NCBI GenBank assembly: GCA_965215885.1
Contig: CBDCEW010000080.1
Span: 1-64,000 of the forward strand
Reading direction: 5' to 3'
Source of the DNA: Candidatus Moanibacter sp.
Lineage (GTDB): Bacteria; Verrucomicrobiota; Verrucomicrobiia; Opitutales; UBA2987
Length of the DNA stretch: 64,000 nt
The notes under the pieces were generated by a model that did no database searches, was not told the DNA's origin, and worked only from the letters and a program-made list of their open reading frames with translations. The translations under genes and the position numbers were made by a program. Of this stretch, positions 1 to 9,751 are shown one piece after another. Numbering within the stretch: the first letter of the stretch is position 1; each line of letters opens with the position of its first letter.

Positions 1-533
1 TGGCCGTGGTCGTCGCTGTAGATGGCGTGCGCGCCGGACCCATAATCGTCTGGAATCTGGTGGTCACACGGAATCACGAGCCGGCCTCTATGCGCTCCGC
101 GTTCCAATTGTATGCCTACGCCGGGGCCTGTAGCGTACCAGATCCATCCCTTCTTTTTCGCGTCTGGCGTAATGTCCCGGGGCGCCGCCCAGGTCAATCC
201 ATCGTCGCTGCTGTATGTGACCAGCATCTCGTCGTTGTTGCGGCTGAAGGGTAGCCAGATGGTAGCGGTGTCCCGGTCGACCACCGGACAGGGATTGCCG
301 ATTGCGATTTCACCCTCTTCCCTGTAGACCAACTGCAGTTTCGACCAGGTATTCCCGCCGTCCTCCGAGCGCTTGAGCACGAGATCGATATCACCATGGT
401 CGTCGCGACTATTCCTGCGGCCCTCGCAGAAGGCCAGCAGGGCACCATTCGGCGACAGTACCAAACTGGGGATACGATAGGTGTGATACCCGTCCACACC
501 GCTGTTAAAGAGGTTGACCAAAAGGGAACTCAT
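1..533 (-). CDS. Sialidase/BNR-repeat glycoside hydrolase (GH33-like), runs off the window start
   Basis: Manual translation from the ATG at 533 gives MSSLLVNLFNSGVDGYHTYRIPSLV..., with the YRIP motif, Asp-boxes SEDGGNTW, SSDDGLTW and SDDHG, and ATGPGVGIQL. Not in the ORF track because the stop lies outside the window. Confidence 0.9.
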   Translation of the reverse strand, partial: MSSLLVNLFNSGVDGYHTYRIPSLVLSPNGALLAFCEGRRNSRDDHGDIDLVLKRSEDGGNTWSKLQLVYREEGEIAIGNPCPVVDRDTATIWLPFSRNNDEMLVTYSSDDGLTWAAPRDITPDAKKKGWIWYATGPGVGIQLERGAHRGRLVIPCDHQIPDDYGSGAHAIYSDDHG

Positions 534-754
534 GAGTGAGCAGCGGAGATTGACGTGATCACGGATGACTTGGAGCAGCGAAGCCGCCCCGCGACAAGCT
601 CGGGGCCCTGAGGCTCTCGAACGGGCAACCAAAAAATAAGAAGAGAACCGCAGATGCACGCGAATGCAGAAGGAAACTCCTACTTCCCTTGGGTAACCTC
701 GTCGCGAACCTTGCTTGCCTCGGCGAAGCGAAGCGGCGACGGGTCGACTGCAGT

Positions 755-1801
755 TTATTGAATACCAACACCTGTCTTTTCTGCGGTCTCACGGATTTGC
801 TGCCATGTCGCATCGTCAATCGGGATGCCCTCCTCTTCCTTCTTTCTGCGTTGCTTTGCTTCGGGCTGACCGGGGAGCATGATCTCCTCGAATCCCTCCA
901 TCAGTCGCGAGCTTTTCAGCCAGCTGACGAAGTTCCCAATCTCACTCTTGAAATTCTCCTGGTCGACGAAGGCCCCGATATCGATAGCCATCACGAACAG
1001 GCCGTTGCCTCCCCTTGATACCGCTTCGCGGCTGCAGCCGCCCCCACCAAGGGCTCCTGAGAGCACGTCGACCACAATGGCGAGGGCGAATCCTTTGTGG
1101 GCACATATTCCGCCGAACGGCAGGATCGCGCCTCTCGGGGGCCCATAGAAAACGTTCGGATCAGTCGTCGGCTTTCCTTCCGGATCAAGCACCCAATCAT
1201 CCGGGAGTTCCTCATCGAGATTACGCTTGACCCGAATCTTACCCTCCGCGACCACGCTTGTGGTCATATCCACGATGATCGGGAGAGTGTCGCCGGTCGG
1301 GATGCCCACGGCAATCGGGTTCGGCGACATCCTGGCGTCGATTCCACCGAAGGGCGCCTGCAGTATTCCTGCGCCGTGGTTGTTGCACATTACGATCCCG
1401 ATCATCTCCTTCTCTGCTACGGCCTCCACGTACTCGCCCAGGCGACCCACGTGGCAACAGTTGAAGACCTCGACCACGCCGACCGACCGCTGCTGCGCCT
1501 TCTCCATCGCGAGGTTAACGGCCTGATGGCAGATCGTCTGCCCAAAGCCCCATCCCCCATCCACGACGGCCGAGGCGTCCGCTTCCCTGACAATCCGGAT
1601 TTCCTTTCCTGGAAGGAACTGCCCATCACGAACGAAATCCACATACTGAGACACGCGAATAACCCCGTGGGAGTCGTGGCCCATCGTGTTCGACAGGACC
1701 AGCGAGTGGGCAACGCGTCTCGCCTCCTCGTTCGAGAGTCCCGCGGCTATGAATATCCTGGCGCAGGTAGCTTCGAGTTCATCGGCTGTGAAGATTGGCA
1801 T
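755..1801 (-). CDS. Ldh2 (malate/L-lactate/ureidoglycolate dehydrogenase) family oxidoreductase
   Basis: Motifs GHDSHG, HVGRLG, PNPIA, DMTTS and HKGFAL. Start placed at MPIFTADEL by comparison with the paralog at 16416. Confidence 0.9.
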   Translation of the reverse strand: MPIFTADELEATCARIFIAAGLSNEEARRVAHSLVLSNTMGHDSHGVIRVSQYVDFVRDGQFLPGKEIRIVREADASAVVDGGWGFGQTICHQAVNLAMEKAQQRSVGVVEVFNCCHVGRLGEYVEAVAEKEMIGIVMCNNHGAGILQAPFGGIDARMSPNPIAVGIPTGDTLPIIVDMTTSVVAEGKIRVKRNLDEELPDDWVLDPEGKPTTDPNVFYGPPRGAILPFGGICAHKGFALAIVVDVLSGALGGGGCSREAVSRGGNGLFVMAIDIGAFVDQENFKSEIGNFVSWLKSSRLMEGFEEIMLPGQPEAKQRRKKEEEGIPIDDATWQQIRETAEKTGVGIQ

Positions 1802-1988
1802 GGGAAATGGAGAGTGAGGGTGGAAGTGAAAGTGAAAGAAGGAAGCGAATCCTTTAGTTGGGGCCCTGGGGGCCCAATCGTCAAACCCTAAAGCGGTAGG
1901 AGGCCGCAAACAGGGGTTCAGATTTGGGAATTCACTGGACATGAATAGTAAACAGTGAACGGTGAACAGTAAAAGGAGGAAGCAGATT

Positions 1989-2381
1989 ATGCAGAGAAAT
2001 CCACACGCCGCGAATTTCAGGGATCTGATTGTCTATCAAAGGGGAAGAGCCGTCTCCAGGAACATCTTTATCATCTCGGGACATTTTCCCAGGGAAGAAA
2101 TGTATTCGCTTACTGACCAAGTGCGGCGGTCGTCCAGATCGATTGGAGCGCAGATTGCCGAGGCATGGGGAGAACGCCGTTACGAGAAACATTTTGTGAG
2201 CAAACTTACAGATGCAGATGCGGAACAGTATGAAACGCAGCACTGGATCGAGACGGCTGCAGACTGCGGGTATCTAACCGAGGAAGATTCGAACGAGCTA
2301 TGTGACAAGCTTTCCGAAATCGGACGCATGCTGAATAGCATGATGGACAAATCCGCATCCTTTTGCGACCTGTGCGTCTGA
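1989..2381 (+). CDS. Four-helix-bundle protein (TIGR02436 / 23S rRNA-IVP / Avd-like family)
   Basis: FRDLIVYQ...FPREEMYSLTDQVRRSSRSIGAQIAEAW...DAEQYETQHW signature; AGGAGG upstream. Confidence 0.9.
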   Translation: MQRNPHAANFRDLIVYQRGRAVSRNIFIISGHFPREEMYSLTDQVRRSSRSIGAQIAEAWGERRYEKHFVSKLTDADAEQYETQHWIETAADCGYLTEEDSNELCDKLSEIGRMLNSMMDKSASFCDLCV

Positions 2382-2703
2382 AAGGATGTTTTGAATCCCA
2401 TTGAAGGTCGCACCATCGGGCATGTAGGCGCACGTCATCGCCCGTCGCCACCCCGGGGTCATGTTGGGACCGGCTCCGTGTGAGGTTTACCCTTTGGAGA
2501 AACACTTGGTCGTGATATGTATCCCCTTCTACATGCTTTTTATCCTCATCGCCTGCTACCTTCCATTTTCCCATCTGCTTCACACAATCGGAGACAGCGG
2601 AAATCAGCTCGTCTAGCTCTTGGGTGGTGAGGAATTCCTTAACTATCAGGCAGCCATCTCGTTCGTAGGCATCAATTTGTTCCTGGGTTAGATCGGTTTT
2701 CAT
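2382..2703 (-). pseudogene. Phytanoyl-CoA dioxygenase (PhyH) family pseudogene with internal deletion
   Basis: The N-terminus MKTDLTQEQIDAYERDGCLIVKEFL...FLQRVNL is joined out of frame near 2481 to a C-terminal block HGAGPNMTPGWRRAMTCAYMPDGATFNGIQNIL. The central HxD region is missing. Confidence 0.8.
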
Positions 2704-2735
2704 CTTCTTCCTCCTGTTCAATTTTCTTCAGGTTA

Positions 2736-2829
2736 GGAATCTGTCGGACTTAGAAATCCTAACATCCCAATGGTATAGATTTCATAGCGACAGATCGACA
2801 TTTCAACACAGATTCGACCGACAGATTCC
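2736..2829. mobile_element. Short MITE-like element with GGAATCTGTCGG termini
   Basis: Perfect 12-bp inverted repeat GGAATCTGTCGG...CCGACAGATTCC; relatives at 4732, 37750 and 57541. Confidence 0.6.
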
Positions 2830-2833
2830 TTGG

Positions 2834-3004
2834 AAGAAAATGAACCTGAGATTTGAGACAATTGGCCATATCTATTCCGCTCTAAACTACGATTATGATG
2901 ATTAAAGACTGTGGCTCAAAGGTTGAGCCTGTAAAATTGGCCAATAGCGAATTCGCTGTGCGACAATTCGTACTCTTTCCCACAAATCTCAGGTTCATTT
3001 TCTT
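2834..3004. repeat. 171-bp element bounded by a perfect 22-bp inverted repeat
   Basis: AAGAAAATGAACCTGAGATTTG (2834-2855) and CAAATCTCAGGTTCATTTTCTT (2983-3004). Confidence 0.7.
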
Positions 3005-3081
3005 GTTTCTAGTCCCGGCGGGCCGGGATCGGAATGAAACAGATTAACTCTTCCGAAAGAGGTATAAAGTCCGACGGGCTG

Positions 3082-4041
3082 CTAGCTTGAGAAAAAACGC
3101 AGCAATTTTTGAATCATGTACTGGTAGATGAGCGATTGAGATTCCACCGTGGCGCCGCCAATATGGGGGGTAATAATCAGGTTTTGATTTGATCTGGAAT
3201 ATTGAATGAGCGGGTGATTTTTCAAGTTGGTGCGCCATTCCCCTTCAATGACATCAACTCCCGCTCCGGCGAGGCGCCCGCTCGATAGAGCATTGAGCAT
3301 GGCCGCTTCGTCGATAATGGCGCCCCGGCTCGTGTTGATGAGGACTGCAGTCGGTTTCATTTTCGCGAAGGCGGCGGCGTCGAAAAGATGATGATTCTCA
3401 TCCGTAAGGTGGATATGAATCGAAACGAAGTCGGAGTCCTGCAAAAGGTGGTCGAAATCGACCTGCTCAACGCCTTCCGGAGTTTCGAATTTTCTTCTCC
3501 CGCAGACAAGGACTCGCATACGAAAAGCCACACCGTATTGTGCGACGATGCGTCCGAGGCGGCCGTAACCGACAACACCCAGGGTTTTGCCTGAAAGCTG
3601 GTTCCCGAGCGGCTTTTCCTTTTCCGTCCAGGCACCTTGTTGGGCCCCCGAAAAAGCCCAGGGCAGTTTTCTCACGAGAGAGAGGAGAAGGGCCCAGGCA
3701 TGCTCTGCCGCATCTGTGATGTTGCTGAGAAATTCCGTTTTCTCTTTAAGCGAATAAACTGTAATGCCTCTTTTTTCGGCGTGAACGAGATCGATGTGGT
3801 CCCTGCCGGTTGTGGGTGTAGCGATGACTTTTAGCCTTTCGGCCCTGTCCAATACCTCTCGATTGGACTGAACTTCCAGGGGAGTGAGAAATCCGTCGAA
3901 TTCCCCTATTCTTTCCAGAAGCAGCTCCTGCCTGGCCGGCAGCTCCGCGACCTCAGCAATCTCCCGCAAAGGATCCAGAACGTTCGGGTAGGCGCTCGTA
4001 TCCGCCATGGTGAGGATTTTGAGTTTTGTTGAGGAAGGCAT
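3082..4041 (-). CDS. D-isomer-specific 2-hydroxyacid dehydrogenase (SerA-like family)
   Basis: GVVGYGRLG Rossmann motif, INTSRG, GAGVDV, TPHIGG. Confidence 0.9.
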   Translation of the reverse strand: MPSSTKLKILTMADTSAYPNVLDPLREIAEVAELPARQELLLERIGEFDGFLTPLEVQSNREVLDRAERLKVIATPTTGRDHIDLVHAEKRGITVYSLKEKTEFLSNITDAAEHAWALLLSLVRKLPWAFSGAQQGAWTEKEKPLGNQLSGKTLGVVGYGRLGRIVAQYGVAFRMRVLVCGRRKFETPEGVEQVDFDHLLQDSDFVSIHIHLTDENHHLFDAAAFAKMKPTAVLINTSRGAIIDEAAMLNALSSGRLAGAGVDVIEGEWRTNLKNHPLIQYSRSNQNLIITPHIGGATVESQSLIYQYMIQKLLRFFSS

Positions 4042-4115
4042 TCTGAGGAATATTCAGGTCCTTGCGGCTTTTATTCAATCTGTGAATTGTAAATTGACGA
4101 TGGGATGGTCGACAT

Positions 4116-4665
4116 GAGATCACGATTGAGAGTCACCGTCGGAGTGAGTAACTCGATGAAAACTTCCCGTCGTGATCATAATCGTGATCCCGTTCAGCGG
4201 GATCGAAAGAATAGAAGATCGACTGGAGATCACGATTGGGAGCCACGATAGGAGAGAGATAACCGTTTCGATCTTTTGTCGTGAATCATAATCGTAATCT
4301 AAAATCGAAAGGGGAGAAAATCGACAGGAGATCACGATTAAGAGTCACGATGGGAGAGGGGTTACCGGTTCGATCTTCTGTCGTGGTTCATAATCGTGCT
4401 CTAAAATCGAAAGGAAAAAAGATTGATAGGAGATTACGATTGAGAGCCACGATGGGAGAGGGATAACCGTTTCGATCTTTTGTCGTGAATCATAATCGTA
4501 ATCTAAAATCGAAAGAGGAGAAGATCGACAGGAGATCACGATTAAGAGTCACGATGGGAGAGGGAATACCGGTTCGATCTTCTGTCGTGGTTCATAATCG
4601 TGATCTAAATTCAAAAGAAGGGAAGATCGACAAGAGATCACGATTGAGATCCACGATGGGAGAGA
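4116..4665. repeat. Tandem array of about 102-bp internally palindromic units
   Basis: GAGATYACGATT begins at 4116, 4226, 4328, 4430, 4532 and 4634. Confidence 0.95.
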
Positions 4666-4731
4666 GGCGGTTCGAAAATGAACGATCGCATTTTCAGCTA
4701 GCACACTAAACAGATACGTAAGATTTCCGGA

Positions 4732-4800
4732 CTAGGAATCTGTCGGACGAGTTTTGACACTTGCAGAGCAATCCGACGACATAGTCCGACAGGCTCCTAG
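4732..4800. mobile_element. Mini-MITE flanked by CTAG
   Basis: CTAGGAATCTGTCGGAC...GTCCGACAGGCTCCTAG. The right CTAG contains the stop codon of the ADH gene. Confidence 0.65.
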
Positions 4801-5897
4801 TTGTCGAAGATCAAAACTCCTCGCGCGTTTTTGCCGGCGAGAAGATCATCGAATGCTTCCTGCGCATCATCGATCGGATACCGCTTCGTGATCAGCCCGT
4901 CGAGGTCGAGCTGACCCGACTTATACAGATCCAGGAGGCGAGGCATGTCGACACGTTGACGCGTCGAGCCATAGAAACATCCGAGCAGGCGCTTTTCTTC
5001 ACGTACCAGCATGTTGGCGGGGATCGTCAGGTGATCGTCCGATTTCGCGACCCCGATGATCGTGATCGTGCCTGCGCGGCGCGCGCTATCGAAGGCCTGG
5101 CGCATGACCTGCGCGTTGCCGATCGCTTCAAAGGTGTAGTCCGCACCTCGTCCGTCGGTGATTTCCCGAATTCGCTCGACGGGATCTTCTTCGCTTGCGT
5201 CGATCGTGTGCGTCGCCCCGAATCGCAGGGCGAACTCGAGCTTCAGCGGGTTGGTGTCGACGGCGATGATGGTGTTGGCGCCTGCGAGGACAGATCCCTG
5301 GATAACGTTCAGGCCGATTCCTCCAGTCCCGAATACGGCGACCGAGCTGCCGGGTTCAACCTTCGCAGTGTTGATGACCGCTCCAACGCCGGTCATGACG
5401 CCACAGCCCACGAGCGCCGCATTCTCGAGCGGGATGTCGGGTCCGATCGGAATACAACTGGTTGGGTGGACGACGGAATATTCGCTCATCGTGCCGAGGC
5501 CCGTCATCTGGCCGATCGGTTCACCGCCCCGTCGTCTCGGCTTGTTCCCGTTCGGGAGCGCGCCGGCGCGCGTCAACATGCTCGTTTCACAGAGGTAGGG
5601 TTTCCCCGTCGTGCAATAGAAGCAATTCCCGCATTGGGGGATATACGACAGGACAACGTGGTCTCCCGTCTTGAGCGTCGCTACGTGTTGACCGACTTCC
5701 TCGACGATGCCTGCACCTTCGTGTCCAAGCACGATGGGGAACTCGGTCGGAATCGTCCCGTCGATGATGGAATAGTCGCTGTGGCAGACTCCGCTCGCCA
5801 CCATCTTGATGCGAACTTCGTCCTCACGGGGATCATCGAGTTCGACTTCGTCCACGCGGACCTGCTGGTTCAAACCTTCGATGACAACGGATTTCAT
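4797..5897 (-). CDS. Zn-dependent alcohol dehydrogenase (class III-like MDR)
   Basis: GVCHSD, GHEGAG, structural Zn site CxxCxxC...C, GTGGIG. Confidence 0.93.
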   Translation of the reverse strand: MKSVVIEGLNQQVRVDEVELDDPREDEVRIKMVASGVCHSDYSIIDGTIPTEFPIVLGHEGAGIVEEVGQHVATLKTGDHVVLSYIPQCGNCFYCTTGKPYLCETSMLTRAGALPNGNKPRRRGGEPIGQMTGLGTMSEYSVVHPTSCIPIGPDIPLENAALVGCGVMTGVGAVINTAKVEPGSSVAVFGTGGIGLNVIQGSVLAGANTIIAVDTNPLKLEFALRFGATHTIDASEEDPVERIREITDGRGADYTFEAIGNAQVMRQAFDSARRAGTITIIGVAKSDDHLTIPANMLVREEKRLLGCFYGSTRQRVDMPRLLDLYKSGQLDLDGLITKRYPIDDAQEAFDDLLAGKNARGVLIFDN

Positions 5898-6297
5898 AGG
5901 GCTTCCAGCGGGTTACTAATGTGGAACTTCGATGTCCATGCCGGTTTTCGGGCGATGATTTTCAGTCCTTTCGAAAGCGGAAATTGCAGATTTCGTTATC
6001 GTCCTCGTGCTCGTCCTCGTTCTCGAAAACTCGCGAGGACGAAAAGCTTCCGCTTTCCGCTACGTTTCGAATCGAAGTGTGTAGCGGAAAGCGGGAGCTT
6101 TTCGTCCTGCCACCGATCTAGGAACTCCTGTTTGGCAGATCATATATCGTTCTTCCCGCTGAGCGGGATCGTCATTATCGTTCTCGAATTTTCTCGAGGA
6201 CGAGCACGAATCGTAGAGAAGGTGCCAGAAGGCGGCTGGGACGCAAGCAAAAGAACTGACGGCTCGATTCCGGAGATGTGGGATTGCTCCGCTCCGC

Positions 6298-7926
6298 TCA
6301 GCCTCCCGCGATTCGGAACGAGAAGAGCTCTGCTGCGCGCATTAAGAACCGCAGGCGCCTGAACGGCGGTCGCTCCGATGTTCCGGTTCCGGGGGATCCG
6401 TCAAGGGTGCTGTTGCCGTTCCATGTCACCACATGGCTGACTGCGTCCGCGGCAAACGGATCGCACTCCCGGTGGCTCAGCCCGGGAACCACCTTCCCGC
6501 CCTCATCAGTGACCTCGACCTTTACATAGCCATATTTGCCGCAGAAGGCGTTAATGATGAGTCGATCTCCCGAGGAGATAAACGGTTGGGTCACCAGAAG
6601 ACCTTCGCGAACGCTGTTTGCTCCGATCGACACGAAGCCGTCGCGCCGGAGTTTGGCAAGGCCGAGACCGTACTCGACAGCGTTCCAATCCTGTACCTCT
6701 GCTACGTCTCTCCATACTTCGGGATTTGCCACCGCCTCGTTGCCTCCGGAAAACCACCAGTCATGATGGTTCCTGGAGCCGCCGAAGTATACCCAGAGCT
6801 CATCTCCCATGGCAACCGGCGGGCTCGGAATCGTCACCATGAACTGGTTCCACGATCTAGGTTCTCCGCACTGCAGCCAGGGACGACCGGGAGCGATCCG
6901 GCTCCACGAGCGTCCATCGCGGCTGTGCACGAGCTGAACGTCCATGGTGTTGCTGACCATATGAAAGACATTTAAAAAGCCGATCCACTGTCCTCCGATG
7001 CGATAGGGAGTCATCCCATAGAAGGCATCGTCGAGGTTATCGACATCCGGGTCCGGAGCGAGGATCAACTGCGGGGTGGTCCAATGCATGAAGTCCCGAC
7101 TCTCGGCCAGAAAGACGCGACGTTTGCCCCGTCGGTTGGCATGCCCCACGATGGCGTCAAAAACCGGCTCACCGCCGACATTCGGACGGCCCCTTGGCTC
7201 CGATCGCAGCCGGGTTCGATCGGGAGCGACGTATTGCCACGGATGACGCGTGGCGATGAGGTGCGTCCGTGAAACTGGATCGAAGGCAGCGATGGTCACG
7301 TCACCGCGTACAGACCCCAGCTTGCCGAAGGAGGGCGCCTCCTCGTAGGGGGTGAGATGAATGCCGTCAGCGGAATAGGCGGCGTGCACACTGAAGCGAG
7401 ATTCGTTCTCGGCGACCGGCTCAATGAGAGAGTAGAGGGTCTTGAAACGCCGTTTGGGATTCGATTCCAGAGGATCATCAACGATAAATATGTCGTAGAC
7501 CGACCCGTAGCCTTCGGTACCGAAGACGATGTTCGTGTCATGCCCGCCTTCGTGTTGGATACCCATGGGGGGCTTCACCCACTCGATACCGTCGTCCGAA
7601 CGCGCATAGAGCTGGCGCAGGCGCGCGTTCTCCCAGCCGTGCGACGATCCGCCGCGTGCTACCAGGCGCTCCCGATCCAGCTTGAAATCAGTATAGAAAC
7701 AGTGGAACCGGCCCGTCTCCCGGTCGTGCCGTAAGTTCCAGGAGTTGCAGGAGAAATACGTTACATGCTCCCACGGTTGGTCGCGCTGGATGAGAGGATT
7801 TTGATCAATCGGCGTTGGATGATGAATGGTGCGGGTGACGTTGTCGGCCACTTCGACGATGGCATTGTCGAGGAAGTACTGCGTCTCCTCGCCAATAAAT
7901 AGAATCGAGGTGTCGTTAGTGGGCAT
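6298..7926 (-). CDS. Uncharacterised beta-propeller glycoside-hydrolase-like protein
   Basis: 543-codon ORF with SDDGIEW, SADGIHL, SRDFMHW and SRDGRSW repeats and a C-terminal LRRDGFVS...LRFLMRAAELFSF domain. Confidence 0.7.
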   Translation of the reverse strand: MPTNDTSILFIGEETQYFLDNAIVEVADNVTRTIHHPTPIDQNPLIQRDQPWEHVTYFSCNSWNLRHDRETGRFHCFYTDFKLDRERLVARGGSSHGWENARLRQLYARSDDGIEWVKPPMGIQHEGGHDTNIVFGTEGYGSVYDIFIVDDPLESNPKRRFKTLYSLIEPVAENESRFSVHAAYSADGIHLTPYEEAPSFGKLGSVRGDVTIAAFDPVSRTHLIATRHPWQYVAPDRTRLRSEPRGRPNVGGEPVFDAIVGHANRRGKRRVFLAESRDFMHWTTPQLILAPDPDVDNLDDAFYGMTPYRIGGQWIGFLNVFHMVSNTMDVQLVHSRDGRSWSRIAPGRPWLQCGEPRSWNQFMVTIPSPPVAMGDELWVYFGGSRNHHDWWFSGGNEAVANPEVWRDVAEVQDWNAVEYGLGLAKLRRDGFVSIGANSVREGLLVTQPFISSGDRLIINAFCGKYGYVKVEVTDEGGKVVPGLSHRECDPFAADAVSHVVTWNGNSTLDGSPGTGTSERPPFRRLRFLMRAAELFSFRIAGG

Positions 7927-8121
7927 TGGCAAAATCACGCTTCACTCAGACGAGTCGGTGGGCATCAGGGGCGGTTTGAAGTTCAGGATGTGGTTTCAGG
8001 AGGGTAGGTCAAGATGTAGGAAGGAGCCCATTTCGAAGTTTGATCCGCGGAATCCCTGGATTCGAATCTTTAACCCAATGCAATCGTCCTTGGATTTCAC
8101 CAAACAGGTGGTCTGCTGCGA

Positions 8122-9737
8122 TCACCGCACGCGCAATTCGTATCCTGCCTTGGCGATCTGGTCCTTGATCCAGTAGCGGCCGGCGTCCTGGTAAAGCTGC
8201 AGTTCGGTTACCCCGTCAAGCAATTCGTTGAGATAGATGTTCTGCTTCTCATTCGCAGGCGGCCGATTCTCGAGTTCGTACCACAGTGAACCGACCCAGG
8301 TGTCCTGGCTCTGCACGTTCTGAGTGCGAACCGACACGACCCAATTGAAGCCTTCCACAACGGCTTCGGTCATATTGGCATCCATGGCATCGATGAACGA
8401 TTCCGTTCCACCGGCACCTTGTTGGAGGATGTAAAACTGTGAATCGAACAATTCCATACCCGGACGCAAGTGGACTGGAAAAAGGCCAGGCGGATACCCT
8501 TCCGTTCTTGGAATGAACGGTTGCATATCCCGGGGCGTCGTCACTCCAACGACGGACGGAAGTCTTCCACTGGTTTCAGCGAAGATACGGTTCCCCTCAA
8601 GGCTGGTGAGGAAGTAAACAAATTCCAGGGCGAGATCCGGATGTTTCGATTGCCGGGTCAAGCCCAGCACGAAACGGGTCAAATTACCGGCTTCGGACGT
8701 CCGGCCGAGCAGGTATTTCCCATACCTGGGGTGTTGGGTATCGGGAAGCGGGATCTCAAAAACACCGGCTTCGAACGCCAACTGCGAGAGGATGCTTCGC
8801 GCTTCGATGGCCGTCGCGATCATCATTACGGCGCGCTCCTGCGCGAAGTAAAAAAGCGCATCCTGCATGGTGGCCTGCATGAACCCGGGCTGGAAATTGC
8901 TCACAATTTCATTAACGAGTTCCAAGCCAAGGCGCACTTGCTGCATATCGTACCGCCAGCGGTCCTGAAGATAAGCGACTCCGACTGGTCGGAGATGTAG
9001 GTCAGGCGACGGGTTTGATCGAGTTCCAACGCCAGCCTCTGCGTCTGACTCATGATCAGATGGCGAACAAGGAAGTCACTGGTTCCGCTTCCCGCGACAG
9101 GGATGAGCCGTCGGCCTTCTTCCTTCGCGTAGGCATGTATTGCATTACACAGGTCGATAAAATCCTCGTAGTTATCCGGAGGCTCGCCGCTTCCGGTTAT
9201 CCGCTCGAGCAGATTACGGTTATACAGCATGCGTGTCGTGGAAGCCGTCAGCGGCACTCCGTAGTAGCTGTAGTTCATGGGAAGGAAGGCGGGCCTCCCC
9301 TCCAAGCTGTCGATAAAAGTGTTGCGCCAGGGCACTCCCTCCAGGTCCGTTCCTTCGTTATAGGGGTTCGGCTGATCCATAAGGCGGTTATAGGACTCGA
9401 AATATTTGATCATCTGCTCACCGAAGACGGTTTCGTTGAGCATGAGGTCGGGCGCTTGCTCGCCGATCAGCATGGTGTTGGTCCAACTGGTGTAGACCCT
9501 CGCGGGCACTACGATCTGCTCGACCACGACGTCCGGATACATTTTCGTAAATGCCCTCGCTGCGGCCTGCAAACCGCGCTGCATTCCATCTTCCTGAACG
9601 TTGTGCGCGATGCGCAAGTAACGCACATCGGGATCGAGTTCCATCGTCTTACGCTTTACTACCCGCGCTATGGAAAGAACGAAGCACAGCGCCAAAAGGG
9701 AAAATCCGACTACGTTGAGGGTACGCTCCAGGCTCAT
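8122..9737 (-). pseudogene. ABC-type extracellular solute-binding protein, frameshifted
   Basis: Two overlapping ORFs (8901-9737 and 8122-8946). The downstream frame is open upstream of its ATG (...GVAYLQDRWRYDMQQVRLGLEL), placing the shift near 8985-9010. N-terminal membrane anchor and YGVPL..TRMLYNRNL motif. Confidence 0.75.
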
Positions 9738-9751
9738 CTGAAAATAGAGTC

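Noticed and set aside
1989..2381. Diversity-generating retroelement (Avd-like gene) or 23S rRNA intervening sequence
   Set aside because: No reverse transcriptase, no template/variable repeat pair differing at adenines, and no rRNA flanks were seen.
4116..4665. CRISPR array
   Set aside because: Whole units are similar, with no unique spacers; the period is 102 bp; no cas genes are in the window.
4956..6362. Long plus-strand ORF (468 aa) and similar antisense ORFs (e.g. 1097-1891, 9015-9851, 12639-13484, 44266-45030)
   Set aside because: These are shadow frames opposite well-supported genes in GC-rich DNA and have no recognisable motifs.
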